A stretch of 64,000 nucleotides of DNA, taken from positions 4,921 to 68,920 of the forward strand of contig JAQUUP010000007.1 of assembly GCA_028693815.1 (NCBI GenBank). The letters are read 5' to 3'. The DNA is from Candidatus Omnitrophota bacterium (lineage in GTDB: Bacteria > Omnitrophota > Gorgyraeia > Zapsychrales > Aceulaceae). A program made the translations under genes and the position numbers. Positions 30,401-38,585 of this stretch are shown in pieces. The notes under the pieces are model-generated. The model saw only the letters and a list, made by a program, of their open reading frames with translations, did no database searches and had not been told where the DNA came from. The stretch's first letter is position 1. Each line of letters opens with the position of its first letter.

Positions 30401-30865
30401 CATATTAAATTGACTAATACACGAAGAACGGGCGAGCGTATGGCTATATTAAAATTTGAAGACATGGAAGGAGAAATTGAAGTTGTTGTCTTCCCGTCGA
30501 CGTATCCTGCTGTTGCGCCTTTTCTAAAGGAGGGGGATGTGGTTATCTTAAGAGGTCGCGTTAGTCTTCGTGATGCTGCGCCAAAGATTATTGCAGGGGA
30601 TATTCAGGATGTTAAAAAAGCGTATGAATTAGTAAAGACGATCAATATCGATCTTTCGGGCGTTAATGAAAATGGTCTCGAAGTCCTAAAAGAAAAATTG
30701 TCTCGTTTTCCAGGAGCAATTCCTGTGTATTTGCACTTGAATACGAATGAACACAAAAGTGTTCAAATTTTAGTTGGTGAAGATCTCTATATTGATCCTA
30801 GTGAATCATTGATGGATGATTTGAAGGGGTTGTTGGGAGAAAATCGAATTAGTTTGAAACTTTAA
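27431..30865 (+). CDS. dnaE: DNA polymerase III alpha subunit
   Basis: 1144 aa; PHP domain (FVHLHVHTQYSLLDG), polymerase core, OB fold. Confidence 0.93.
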   Translation: MYHSDFVHLHVHTQYSLLDGACRVKDLVQKAAEYRMPALGIADHGNMFGAITFYQTAVRLGVKPIIGCECYVAPASRFDKTPSTGRRGMSHLVLFAKDEEGYRHLMKLVSSAYLDGFYYKPRIDKEILSQYSKGLLATSACLKGEVAQALRHEGFNEALKVADELHQILGEGNFYLELMENGIPEQKKVNEGLLKVSKELNIPVVATNDVHYLERSQASAHEALLCVQTQTTLDDPNRMRMSTDEFYFKSPEEMKKAFSYAPQAISNTLEIAEKCNLELTFDKIHLPRFVPPSGETKEDFLEKLCEQGILRRYKERTKEIDERLEHELKIIKKMGFVSYFLIVWDFIHFAKQNGIPVGPGRGSAAGSLVSYLIGITDLDPLKYGLLFERFLNPDRAGMPDIDIDFCYERRPEVIEYVTNKYGKDSVAQIITFGTMQARAAIRDVGRVMNVPYADVDKIAKLIPNELNIKIQDALIKEPQLQQLYDENEQTAKLIETAKVLEGLNRHASTHAAGVVISDKPLTDHVPLFKTSDDQITTGYSMDGIAKIGLLKMDFLGLKTLTVIDKALKLVKKIRGIDLTVEDIPPDDLKTYDLLSRANSFGIFQLESSGMRELLKRIKPNQFEDLISILALYRPGPIGSGMLDDYINRKRSGGHVHYDHPKLEAILKETYGIIIFQEQVMKIASDLAGFSMTQADHLRRAMSKKISEVMNKMRIDFIAGCKKTSQIKEPLANRLFDLIDYFSGYGFNRSHSAAYALISYRTAYLKANFPIEFMCALLTSEKDNTDKVVEYVKESEAMGIKILPPDVNTSDLEFSVDSENSIRFGLIAVKNIGGAAIESILEKRKDGPYKDIFDLCKRVDLRTVNHKVFESLIRCGALDHFGVHRSQLMAVLDNALESGAKLQKEKSSGQFSFFDMNGMEDFTKDMETFPEIDEWPKRKVLTDEKELLGFYVSGHPLAHYQIEIKEFTDYSTQELNKATENQEVKLIGLISHIKLTNTRRTGERMAILKFEDMEGEIEVVVFPSTYPAVAPFLKEGDVVILRGRVSLRDAAPKIIAGDIQDVKKAYELVKTINIDLSGVNENGLEVLKEKLSRFPGAIPVYLHLNTNEHKSVQILVGEDLYIDPSESLMDDLKGLLGENRISLKL

Positions 30866-30873
30866 GAAAGGTT

Positions 30874-31140
30874 ATGTCATATTTTATGTGGAGCAGGCAA
30901 GCCCAAGGTATTTTTAATAAACTGATCAAAAAAACACCAGCGTTTATTCGTAGCGTGGTAAAAGATAAAGTTTCCAAGAAAGCTGAAAGTTTTGCTCAAG
31001 AAAATAATAGGGAGCAAGTTGAAGAAAAAGATGTCGTAGATGCTTTTTTTGCCGAAACCCCTTTTGGATTTCATGGAGCAATGAAATGCGATATGGAAGA
31101 ATTTGGCATTAATTACGAAAAGTATGGGTACGAGAGGTAG
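30874..31140 (+). CDS. PCP_red-like small protein (W-x2-A...P-x-F-I-R...VK motif)
   Basis: 88 aa; WSRQAQ...PAFIRSVVKDKVSKKAESFA resembles the PF08369 pattern. The opposite-strand 115-aa ORF was judged a shadow. Confidence 0.4.
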   Translation: MSYFMWSRQAQGIFNKLIKKTPAFIRSVVKDKVSKKAESFAQENNREQVEEKDVVDAFFAETPFGFHGAMKCDMEEFGINYEKYGYER

Positions 31141-31265
31141 ATAAGACTTGTATTTTTTTAGGGAGTTCCTTGCTTTACTTGAGGAATCTAGAAAATAGAT
31201 TATTTTCTGGATTAATTCGCCCATAGTTTTACATTCTTTGATATTCTGAAGAGCTAAGGCTCAAA

Positions 31266-31357
31266 GGAAACCCCACGTCGCTAAAAAGCGCTCCTGGGAT
31301 AAATTCGGGCAGATAATTTACGATCGTTAACGCTCCGTAAATTATGCCCTCATTTAA
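31266..31357. repeat. structured intergenic repeat, copy A (upstream of cupin gene)
   Basis: GGAAACCCCACGTCGCTAAAAAGCGCTCCTGGGATAAATTC, then a 10-bp perfect inverted repeat ATAATTTACG...CGTAAATTAT, then CTCATTTAAGG. Confidence 0.7.
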
Positions 31358-31366
31358 GGAAAAGAA

Positions 31367-31684
31367 ATGAGTTTTGAACCAAAAGTAACTGTGTTAGCTG
31401 ATTTGGTGAGTTATCAAGATGGATCGGTTGTCAGTAAAACTTTAATCAAAAAAGAGACGGGCACTGTCACATTGTTTGCCTTTGATCAAGGGCAAGGATT
31501 AAGCGAGCATATAGCTCCTTTTGATGCTTTGGTTTGCGTGTTAGATGGTCAAGCTGAAATTATGATTTCAAATAATCTGTATGTTTTAAAAGCAGGAGAG
31601 ATGATTATATTACCAGTTAATGAACCGCATTCTTTAAAAGCGATTAAGAAATTTAAGATGATGTTGACGATGATTCGATCATAA
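31367..31684 (+). CDS. cupin-domain protein
   Basis: 105 aa small-barrel pattern (VLDGQAEI...GEMIILPVNEPH). Confidence 0.6.
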   Translation: MSFEPKVTVLADLVSYQDGSVVSKTLIKKETGTVTLFAFDQGQGLSEHIAPFDALVCVLDGQAEIMISNNLYVLKAGEMIILPVNEPHSLKAIKKFKMMLTMIRS

Positions 31685-31770
31685 AAATAGGGTAAGTTTT
31701 TAAAGTGGCAATTATTTCTAGAAATAGGATAAATTCTTAAGAAAATTTTCGATAATCTGTTGAATTAAAA

Positions 31771-34026
31771 ATGAAATTTAAAGAAATATTTGGAATAACA
31801 ACTAGCGTTCGTCAAACGTTTCGCTTTTTATTTATTAATTTCTTTAAATTTATAGTTCCTTTTGGTGTATGGGTTTTTATCTTTCGAGAAATTCTAACGG
31901 GAAGCTCTCCTGTTGATGGTGATGCTCTGGGACATTATGCATACGTTAAGTATTTTGTAGATAATCTTCGGGTTGGCAGCTTTCCTCTCTGGAATCCTTT
32001 TTTGTTACTTGGACTTCCTCAAATTTTTTATAATAGTTTTATTGGAATTTTTAATCCTATTTGGCTTGCAACCTTTTTTCTGAATTTACTTGGCGTAAAG
32101 ATTTATTTTGCTTATATCTACACAATTATTTTGTATTTCTTTGTTGGGGTATTTGGATTTTATCTTTTTGCGAAAGCTTATTTTCAGCAAAAGCGATCTG
32201 CATATATTGCGTTTCTTTTATTGTTATTTTCTTCTTTTGGAATTCCTATTCTTTGTGATCTTAAAAATATAGTCATTTTTGTTCCAGTTATTTGGTTTTT
32301 TTATTTTTGGTTACGTTTTTATCAAGAGCAAAAAATAGTTCATTTTGTTGGATTGACTTTTGTCCTAATGATAATTGCAGTATCTTATTTTCCTCCGTAT
32401 GGGTTTTCGCTTGTGTTGCTAACAGCGATATTGACTGGATTATTTTTTCCTCGGTCGTTGCTTATTTCTATTAAGTCGGTTGGCGGTTTCTTTAAGAAAC
32501 ATAAATTAGTTTTTTTTATATGTTGTTTCGTTGGCGTGATTTCCCTCTTTCCTTCAATTAAAGTGCTCGATGTTGCAAGAAATAAAGAGGTTGTTTTTCC
32601 TTTTAGAGCAGGGAATCAGCAAGATGTTGATCAGAAAGGTCCGGAAGTCGATTTGGTTCGATCGCAGGGGCTGATGTCTACGACTAGAGGGTTTGTAAAC
32701 GATTATTTAAGTATCGGTCCTTGGCATTTGTTTTATCGAGATATAACTCCTTTTTATGTTTCGATATTTGCTTATATTCTAATATTGCTCGGCGCTTTTA
32801 ATGTCTTAACAAGATCACTGATGATTAAAATTTTGCTTTGGGTAATTTTATTCTTTATTATGTTTATTCCAGCGGGCCCTGTTCACAAGCTTTTGTTTTA
32901 TGGGTTCCCCGGTTTTAATTTGATACAGGGCGTTAAATCTTTTATGCCAGCGTTTATCATGGTTTTTATTTTGTTAGCTGTGGAACAGGAAAAAAAGATT
33001 GTTGAAGAGAAATTTCTTTTATCTAGAAAAACAGCGTTGGTTTTTGTTCTTTTTGTTCATTTAGGTGTTTTCTTTTTTGTTTTAACGCGTCCCGAGAGTA
33101 TTTTTTCTTCCTATGTCTCGATTATTTTAAGTCTAGTTTATTTTATTTTGATTCTTTTTCGAAAAAGCAACACGACTATTCTTATGGCATTGGTGTGTGC
33201 TTGCATATTGTTGCAGCCTTTAGAAGTTTTATGGCGTTATGATTCCAAGCCCTACGAAGGCCCGAAGCTTGCTTCTGAAATACTCTTTTATCCTAATGCA
33301 TTGCCAACATTTGCTTACCAACGTCCACTTGCAGCGAGTTCTTTGGAGCCGCGCGAAGAGAATCTTCAATACGATGTTTCTATGCATGATGCTCCAGGAA
33401 TTGTTCTAAGCAGAGATTTTCCGACTCGATGGTCATATTCTCTTCTTCAAAAGAGTCCTTCGACAGCATTGAGGGAATATATTCAGAATAAGTTTTATTT
33501 ATATGATAATGTTGTTATTTCTGATTTTTTAGAGAGTGATATTGCTGAAGAAGTCTTAGCTAGAAAGAAAAATGTTGCTGTTGTACATGTAGAATCCAAT
33601 AAGAGTGGAAAAGGCGATATTTTGGATTTTAAAAGTTTGTTGTTAACAGATAGTAAAAATATTCTATCCCAGGCTCAAGCTGTCGAAGCGCCAAGCCGTT
33701 ATTTTGAGGTTGTTTCTTTTGGTGTAAACTCTTTGGAGATTCGGACTAATTTTGATAAGGATAAATTTTTGGTTTATACTGATAGTTACCAGTCTGATTG
33801 GAAGGCTGTTCTTAACAAAAGAACGCAAAGGATATACCGAGCAAATGTTGCTTTTAAAGGTATTTTCTTGCCACGAGGGCCTAATAATCTAACTTTAAGC
33901 TATGCTCCGATGGGAGGAGAATATACATATTGGCTTATTTTTGCTATGTACATAGGGATGTTTTTGTGGTTGATTGTTTTATTTTTTAAAGAAAGAAATG
34001 GTAAGCAAAGAATTGATACAGATTAG
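31771..34026 (+). CDS. large polytopic membrane protein, putative GT-C glycosyltransferase (YfhO-like)
   Basis: 751 aa with more than 12 TM helices plus a C-terminal soluble domain; sits next to a TPR protein and a GT2 polyprenol-phosphate glycosyltransferase. Confidence 0.4.
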   Translation: MKFKEIFGITTSVRQTFRFLFINFFKFIVPFGVWVFIFREILTGSSPVDGDALGHYAYVKYFVDNLRVGSFPLWNPFLLLGLPQIFYNSFIGIFNPIWLATFFLNLLGVKIYFAYIYTIILYFFVGVFGFYLFAKAYFQQKRSAYIAFLLLLFSSFGIPILCDLKNIVIFVPVIWFFYFWLRFYQEQKIVHFVGLTFVLMIIAVSYFPPYGFSLVLLTAILTGLFFPRSLLISIKSVGGFFKKHKLVFFICCFVGVISLFPSIKVLDVARNKEVVFPFRAGNQQDVDQKGPEVDLVRSQGLMSTTRGFVNDYLSIGPWHLFYRDITPFYVSIFAYILILLGAFNVLTRSLMIKILLWVILFFIMFIPAGPVHKLLFYGFPGFNLIQGVKSFMPAFIMVFILLAVEQEKKIVEEKFLLSRKTALVFVLFVHLGVFFFVLTRPESIFSSYVSIILSLVYFILILFRKSNTTILMALVCACILLQPLEVLWRYDSKPYEGPKLASEILFYPNALPTFAYQRPLAASSLEPREENLQYDVSMHDAPGIVLSRDFPTRWSYSLLQKSPSTALREYIQNKFYLYDNVVISDFLESDIAEEVLARKKNVAVVHVESNKSGKGDILDFKSLLLTDSKNILSQAQAVEAPSRYFEVVSFGVNSLEIRTNFDKDKFLVYTDSYQSDWKAVLNKRTQRIYRANVAFKGIFLPRGPNNLTLSYAPMGGEYTYWLIFAMYIGMFLWLIVLFFKERNGKQRIDTD

Positions 34027-34747
34027 TCAAATAAAAGGATGGTTGTTGTTTTTATCGAAAAGATGCCTTTGGGTTTATTTTATTGTAGTGTTTATTTTGG
34101 CTTATTATGCAGGGAAGCCAGATCCAGTTAATACTGTTGTTAATCGTTTAAATTATTTGCGCTTATCAGAGATCTATATTTCAGAATCATTGTCGAAGGA
34201 TCAAAAGATGTCAAAGCGAGAATATTGTTCTGCGATTAAATATTACAAAGAACTTGTTGAATTCATTGGTCCTAAGGATTATCTTTTTGCAAATATGGGA
34301 TTTTGCTGGTATCGTATTGGAGATTACAACAAAGCTCTTGAAATGTATGATCAAGCTATTCGATTAAATCCTGCAATTTATACGTATTATGCAGACAAAG
34401 GGATGATTTACCTTGCTTTAGGAAAACCCCAGGAGGCAATATCTTGGCTTGAACAATCTTTGTCAAAGATTGCACTGAGCACTCAGCATTATGATCGATA
34501 TTTGCAATCTTTGCCGGAGCCGTATAGACAATATGCGATGATAAATCTAAATATTTTGACCGTAAGACTTAAGAATGATTTGTTGTTTTTAAAGCAAAAG
34601 CTATTGGATCTTCATATGGCGAGTGTTAATGAGAAAATGAATGATATCGCGGTAAGTCCAGAAAAGATGCCTTTGCATCTTGATACTTTTTTAGGGAGAA
34701 TTTCTACGGATATAGCTGTGTTGGAAAAGGTTTATGATGGTCCGTGA
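33974..34747 (+). CDS. TPR-repeat protein with N-terminal TM helix
   Basis: TPR-like YYKELVEFIGPKDYLFANMGFCWYRIGDYNKALEMYDQAIRLNP. Confidence 0.55.
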   Translation: MFYFLKKEMVSKELIQISQIKGWLLFLSKRCLWVYFIVVFILAYYAGKPDPVNTVVNRLNYLRLSEIYISESLSKDQKMSKREYCSAIKYYKELVEFIGPKDYLFANMGFCWYRIGDYNKALEMYDQAIRLNPAIYTYYADKGMIYLALGKPQEAISWLEQSLSKIALSTQHYDRYLQSLPEPYRQYAMINLNILTVRLKNDLLFLKQKLLDLHMASVNEKMNDIAVSPEKMPLHLDTFLGRISTDIAVLEKVYDGP

Positions 34748-34800
34748 TCGTTTTTAAGGAATAATCTGATTTTTAATTCTGCTAATAGGCGAGGAGGAAG

Positions 34801-35739
34801 ATGATAAAACAAAAGAAAATATCTATTATTTTTTCTTTCCGAAACGAGGAGAAAACTCTCGAGGAATTATATCGTCGAACACAAGATGTTTTGAAACGTA
34901 GTAATCTTTTATACGAAATGATTTTTGTCAACGATGCCTCAACTGATGGTTCTTTGAATATTTTGACTAACTTAGCGTTAAAAGATCAATCGGTTAAAGT
35001 TATTAATTTATCTCGGCGCTTTGGGTACAATCAAAGTTTTATGGCTGGCTTAGAATTCTTTAGCGGAGATGCAGCCGTTATCTTAGATTCTGATCTTCAG
35101 GATTCGCCTGAAGAAATTCCTCGTCTTATTGAGAAGTGGGAATTAGGAGCTGAGGTTGTTCATGCTGTTCGTCAAGAAAGACTAGGAGAAAATTTCTTTA
35201 AATTGCAGCTGACATCCCTTGCGTATAAAATTATTCGAAAAATTTCCTCTATTGAGCTTTTAGAAAATGCAGGAAATTTTAAGCTTCTTTCTCGGCGAGT
35301 AGTTCAAGAGTTGCTAAGATTAAAGGAGCAGGATCCTTATTTGCGCGGTTTGATCTCTTGGGTTGGATTTAAGCAAGACAAGATATATTATAAAAGACAG
35401 AAGCGTTTTGCCGGGAAGGGTCATTTTCCTGTATTGACTAGTTCTGGGCCAATAAAAGAATTTATCAGTGGAGTGACGTCTTTCTCAGAATTTTTTCCAT
35501 TTTTACCGATCGGGTCAGGACTGATATTTCTAATTTTGGGTCTTGTTGCGGGCTTTAGAGAGCTGATCATTTTTTTGTCTGGCGCAATGTCACCAAGCTG
35601 GATAATTACATTGATTTTGATTGTAGGAGGAGTGCAGTTGATATCTTTGGGATTGGTTGGATTATATATCGGCCGCATATGGAAAGAAGTTGCACGGCGT
35701 CCTCGACATATTGTTGAGAGCACAATTAATGTCTCGTGA
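34801..35739 (+). CDS. GT2 polyprenol-phosphate glycosyltransferase (GtrB/CsbB/DPM1-like)
   Basis: ISIIFSFRNEE...VNDASTDGS...DSDLQD motifs and two C-terminal TM helices. Confidence 0.8.
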   Translation: MIKQKKISIIFSFRNEEKTLEELYRRTQDVLKRSNLLYEMIFVNDASTDGSLNILTNLALKDQSVKVINLSRRFGYNQSFMAGLEFFSGDAAVILDSDLQDSPEEIPRLIEKWELGAEVVHAVRQERLGENFFKLQLTSLAYKIIRKISSIELLENAGNFKLLSRRVVQELLRLKEQDPYLRGLISWVGFKQDKIYYKRQKRFAGKGHFPVLTSSGPIKEFISGVTSFSEFFPFLPIGSGLIFLILGLVAGFRELIIFLSGAMSPSWIITLILIVGGVQLISLGLVGLYIGRIWKEVARRPRHIVESTINVS

Positions 35740-35787
35740 TTGTTTTATGCGCTGAAGCAGGTTGCGGGTGCGCTTTAGGAGAATAAG

Positions 35788-36243
35788 GTGTATATGGACA
35801 TTTCCAAAAGATATAAGATTTTTGTAGTTTTAATAGTTTGTTTGTTCCTTGGATGTAATTCGCAGCTTTCTTCGCCTATACCGGCTAGCACGCAAACGCA
35901 ATATCGAGATGATGCCCAAAAGATTTATTCGGCGTATCAAAATCATCAATCTAATTTTTTTGTTGAATCTAAAGGGCGTGTTGTTAAAATCCTTTTGGAT
36001 GATTTAAAGGGAAGCCGTCATCAACGGTTTATTTTACAATTAGCAAAGGGGCAAACAATTCTTGTTGCACATAATATTGATATTGCTCCTCGAATTAACA
36101 ATTTAAATATCGGAGACGAAGTTTATTTCTACGGCGAGTACGAATGGAATGACAAAGGAGGCGTTGTTCACTGGACGCATCATGATCCAGGGTATCGACG
36201 GATTGGCGGGTGGCTTGAGCATCAAGGGATGAGATATCAATAA
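35788..36243 (+). CDS. hypothetical lipoprotein
   Basis: Lipobox LFLGCNS; conserved-looking C-terminal EYEWNDKGGVVHWTHHDP. Confidence 0.45.
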   Translation: MYMDISKRYKIFVVLIVCLFLGCNSQLSSPIPASTQTQYRDDAQKIYSAYQNHQSNFFVESKGRVVKILLDDLKGSRHQRFILQLAKGQTILVAHNIDIAPRINNLNIGDEVYFYGEYEWNDKGGVVHWTHHDPGYRRIGGWLEHQGMRYQ

Positions 36244-36258
36244 AAGTTAAAATAAAGA

Positions 36259-36771
36259 ATGGAGAAAATTATGTCAAAAGAAATAACCTTTAAAGGAAAT
36301 GTATTGCACGTAACTGGCGTTGATCTTAAAGTCGGAGATAAAGCTCCTGATTTTAAGGTTGTTACAAAAGATTTGAAAGAAGTAGGCTTGGGCGATTATT
36401 CAGGAAAAATAAAGATTCTAACAACGTTCCCCTCGATCGATACGCCGGTTTGCGAGGGGCAAGTCAAAGAGTTTAATGAGAAGGTGTCTAGTTTTGAAAA
36501 TACGGTTGTTTTGGCGATTAGCAAAGATTTGCCTTTTGCGCATAGTCGATTTTGCATGTCATTTTCTATTAATAACGTTGAAACGCTTTCAGATTATAAA
36601 TATTCTTCTGTGGCTGAGAATTATGGGGTTCTAATCGACGAGCTTAAACTTCTAACGCGAGCAGTATTTATTATTGATAAAGACGACATTATTCGATATG
36701 TTCAGTTTGCAAAAGAGATTACAGAGCCTTTAAATTATCAAAAGGTATATGAGGCGCTGAAAGACATTTAA
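36259..36771 (+). CDS. tpx: thiol peroxidase (Tpx-type peroxiredoxin)
   Basis: TFPSIDTPVCEGQVKEFN peroxidatic Cys motif and a resolving Cys further on. Confidence 0.85.
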   Translation: MEKIMSKEITFKGNVLHVTGVDLKVGDKAPDFKVVTKDLKEVGLGDYSGKIKILTTFPSIDTPVCEGQVKEFNEKVSSFENTVVLAISKDLPFAHSRFCMSFSINNVETLSDYKYSSVAENYGVLIDELKLLTRAVFIIDKDDIIRYVQFAKEITEPLNYQKVYEALKDI

Positions 36772-36861
36772 AAAAGATGTATTTGTTAGGTTCAGTTTTA
36801 TTGATTGGTTTTTAGTTTTTGCCTATTTTTTAATAATTCAGTTATTGGAGAATTCCTATAG

Positions 36862-37560
36862 ATGATAAATGTTGCACAGATGATGATTTCTAAATCACCG
36901 ATTTTAGCTATATTTGTTGTTTTCGGGGTTGGATTTGTCGCGTCTTTAAGTTCTTGTACTTTGGTTAGAATTCCGATTGTTTTTGGATATATTTCCGGAG
37001 CTTCTCATTCTAAAAAGCATTCTTTGTTGTTATCCTTATGTTTAGTGGCTGGTCTTGTTTTTAGCTATACATTGGTAGGAATGCTTCTTCTTTTTTTAAA
37101 GAATTTTACTTCGAATTTGGTGCAAATAAGCAGATATATGTATTTAGCGCTAGGATTCTTTTTGCTTGTTGCGGGTTTGTTTTATGCGGGTCTTATTCCT
37201 GCTGTGCATGCACAGGCACATTGTAGCAATAGAACCAATACATTTAAAAGATCTGGATTTATTGGAGCTTTTATTTTTGGCGCTATGTTTGCGTTTTTAG
37301 AAATGCCGGCTTGTCCTTGTTGTGCTTCTGTGCTTTTTGTAATCATTGGCGCTGTCAGTTTGATCAATTCTTGGATTTATTCTTTTATTGTTTTGTTAAG
37401 TTTTGCGCTTGGGCAAAGTTTGCCGATTTTTCTAATAGGATTTTCAACAAATTTGACAAGAATTTTAGCGCCCAAGGTTGCTCAAATCGAAAAGTACATT
37501 CAGTTTGCCGCAGGAACAATTTTAATTGTTATTGCGTTATATTTCTTAATTATTGCATAA
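36862..37560 (+). CDS. DsbD_2/CcdA-like thiol-disulfide membrane protein
   Basis: 6-TM protein with Cys in TM1 and a CPCC motif; adjacent to tpx. Confidence 0.4.
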   Translation: MINVAQMMISKSPILAIFVVFGVGFVASLSSCTLVRIPIVFGYISGASHSKKHSLLLSLCLVAGLVFSYTLVGMLLLFLKNFTSNLVQISRYMYLALGFFLLVAGLFYAGLIPAVHAQAHCSNRTNTFKRSGFIGAFIFGAMFAFLEMPACPCCASVLFVIIGAVSLINSWIYSFIVLLSFALGQSLPIFLIGFSTNLTRILAPKVAQIEKYIQFAAGTILIVIALYFLIIA

Positions 37561-37568
37561 GGATTTTT

Positions 37569-38135
37569 ATGAAAACGAACGAAAATACTTGTAGTTGTGG
37601 ACATGGCTCTACGGGTCAATTAAAACTATGGCATCGATGGGCTTTGGTTGGATATGTCATTGTTGTTAGTTTTTTTGCGATGAAGCCTCTGATTGTTCGT
37701 CAGCTTTTATCTCGTGCGGTGTCATATTCATCTGCTGGTTTGCATGATAATGCCATAAGAATTTATAAAAAAGCGATCTTAATTGAAAGTCGCAACGCTA
37801 ATCTTTGGGGCGATCTTGGGTATGAGTATCGAACAATCGAAGATATTGATAGAGCTACTGACGCTTACCGCCAATCAATAAAGATTGATCCAACCAACAA
37901 AGAGGCTTGTTTGAGTTTAGGCCTAATTTTGATGGGTCAAGAAAGGTACGGGGAAGCTGTTTTTTATTTCGAACAAATAAGACGATTAGGGCCAGAAAGC
38001 AATAAAGACTTTAAAATGAATACCGTTGCCTACCATAAGGCTTCTTTGAGAATGTTGTCAACATGTTATGACGCTTTAGGTGAAGTAAAAAACAAAGAAG
38101 GCATATTAAGAGATCTTGAGCGTTATTATCCTTAG
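37569..38135 (+). CDS. TPR-repeat protein with Cys-rich N-terminus and one TM helix
   Basis: MKTNENTCSCGHG..., then TPR repeats (AIRIYKKAILIESRNANLWGDLGYEY...). The track ORF from 37311 overlaps the preceding gene, so the start was trimmed. Confidence 0.55.
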   Translation: MKTNENTCSCGHGSTGQLKLWHRWALVGYVIVVSFFAMKPLIVRQLLSRAVSYSSAGLHDNAIRIYKKAILIESRNANLWGDLGYEYRTIEDIDRATDAYRQSIKIDPTNKEACLSLGLILMGQERYGEAVFYFEQIRRLGPESNKDFKMNTVAYHKASLRMLSTCYDALGEVKNKEGILRDLERYYP

Positions 38136-38169
38136 AATAATTTCATTTTAGGACTTATTTAAATACCGC

Positions 38170-38198
38170 TTGACACCCTAAGCTCCTGTTGATACGAT
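38170..38198 (+). promoter_or_regulatory. sigma70-like promoter upstream of HU gene
   Basis: TTGACA (38170-38175), 17-bp spacer, TACGAT (38193-38198). Confidence 0.45.
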
Positions 38199-38222
38199 AC
38201 TTATGACTGGGAGGTGGAATTA

Positions 38223-38495
38223 ATGACAAAGAAAGATATCGTTTTAAGGATTACAGATTCGACTGGAATTAAGCAGGTTGATGTTAAAAGAGTTGTTCAA
38301 AAGACGTTTGATACGGTTATTGAAAGCCTTATTCGAAACGAAAAAGTTGAATTGCGTAATTTTGGTGTGTTTAAGATCAAAGAGCGAAAAGCACGTTTTG
38401 GCAGAAATCCTCGCACAGGCGAGAGCGTTCCTGTCCCCCCTAGAAAAGTCGTCGTGTTCAAGCCTGGCCTTGAAATGAAAGAAAAAATTAAATAA
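38223..38495 (+). CDS. HU/IHF family DNA-binding protein
   Basis: About 90 aa; FGVFKIKERKARFGRNPRTGESV... arm motif of HU/IHF. Confidence 0.85.
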   Translation: MTKKDIVLRITDSTGIKQVDVKRVVQKTFDTVIESLIRNEKVELRNFGVFKIKERKARFGRNPRTGESVPVPPRKVVVFKPGLEMKEKIK

Positions 38496-38536
38496 ATTTT
38501 TTAAATTTTGACTAAGATATAAATATAAATATAAAG

Positions 38537-38567
38537 GGCGGAGAAGAGAGCTTCTCCGCCCTTACCA
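38537..38567. terminator. GC-rich hairpin downstream of HU gene (putative terminator)
   Basis: AAAGGGCGGAGAAG-agag-CTTCTCCGCCCTT; no clean T-tract on the + strand, an A/T tract on the other side. Confidence 0.4.
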
Positions 38568-38585
38568 CTATAGGTGCAGATAGTT

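Noticed and set aside
30877-31224. 115-aa minus-strand ORF opposite the PCP_red-like gene
   Set aside because: Phe/Ile/Lys-rich low-complexity translation typical of an AT-rich antisense frame. The plus-strand ORF has a family-like motif.
37311-37568. N-terminal 86 codons of the track ORF 37311-38135
   Set aside because: They overlap the end of the 36862-37560 membrane gene in another frame and have odd composition (Cys/Phe-rich). The downstream ATG at 37569 follows the upstream stop cleanly, so the shorter ORF was called.
38537-38567. Considered calling this hairpin a canonical Rho-independent terminator
   Set aside because: A strong GC hairpin is present, but there is no downstream U-tract on the + strand. 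It is kept only as a low-confidence putative terminator or structured element.
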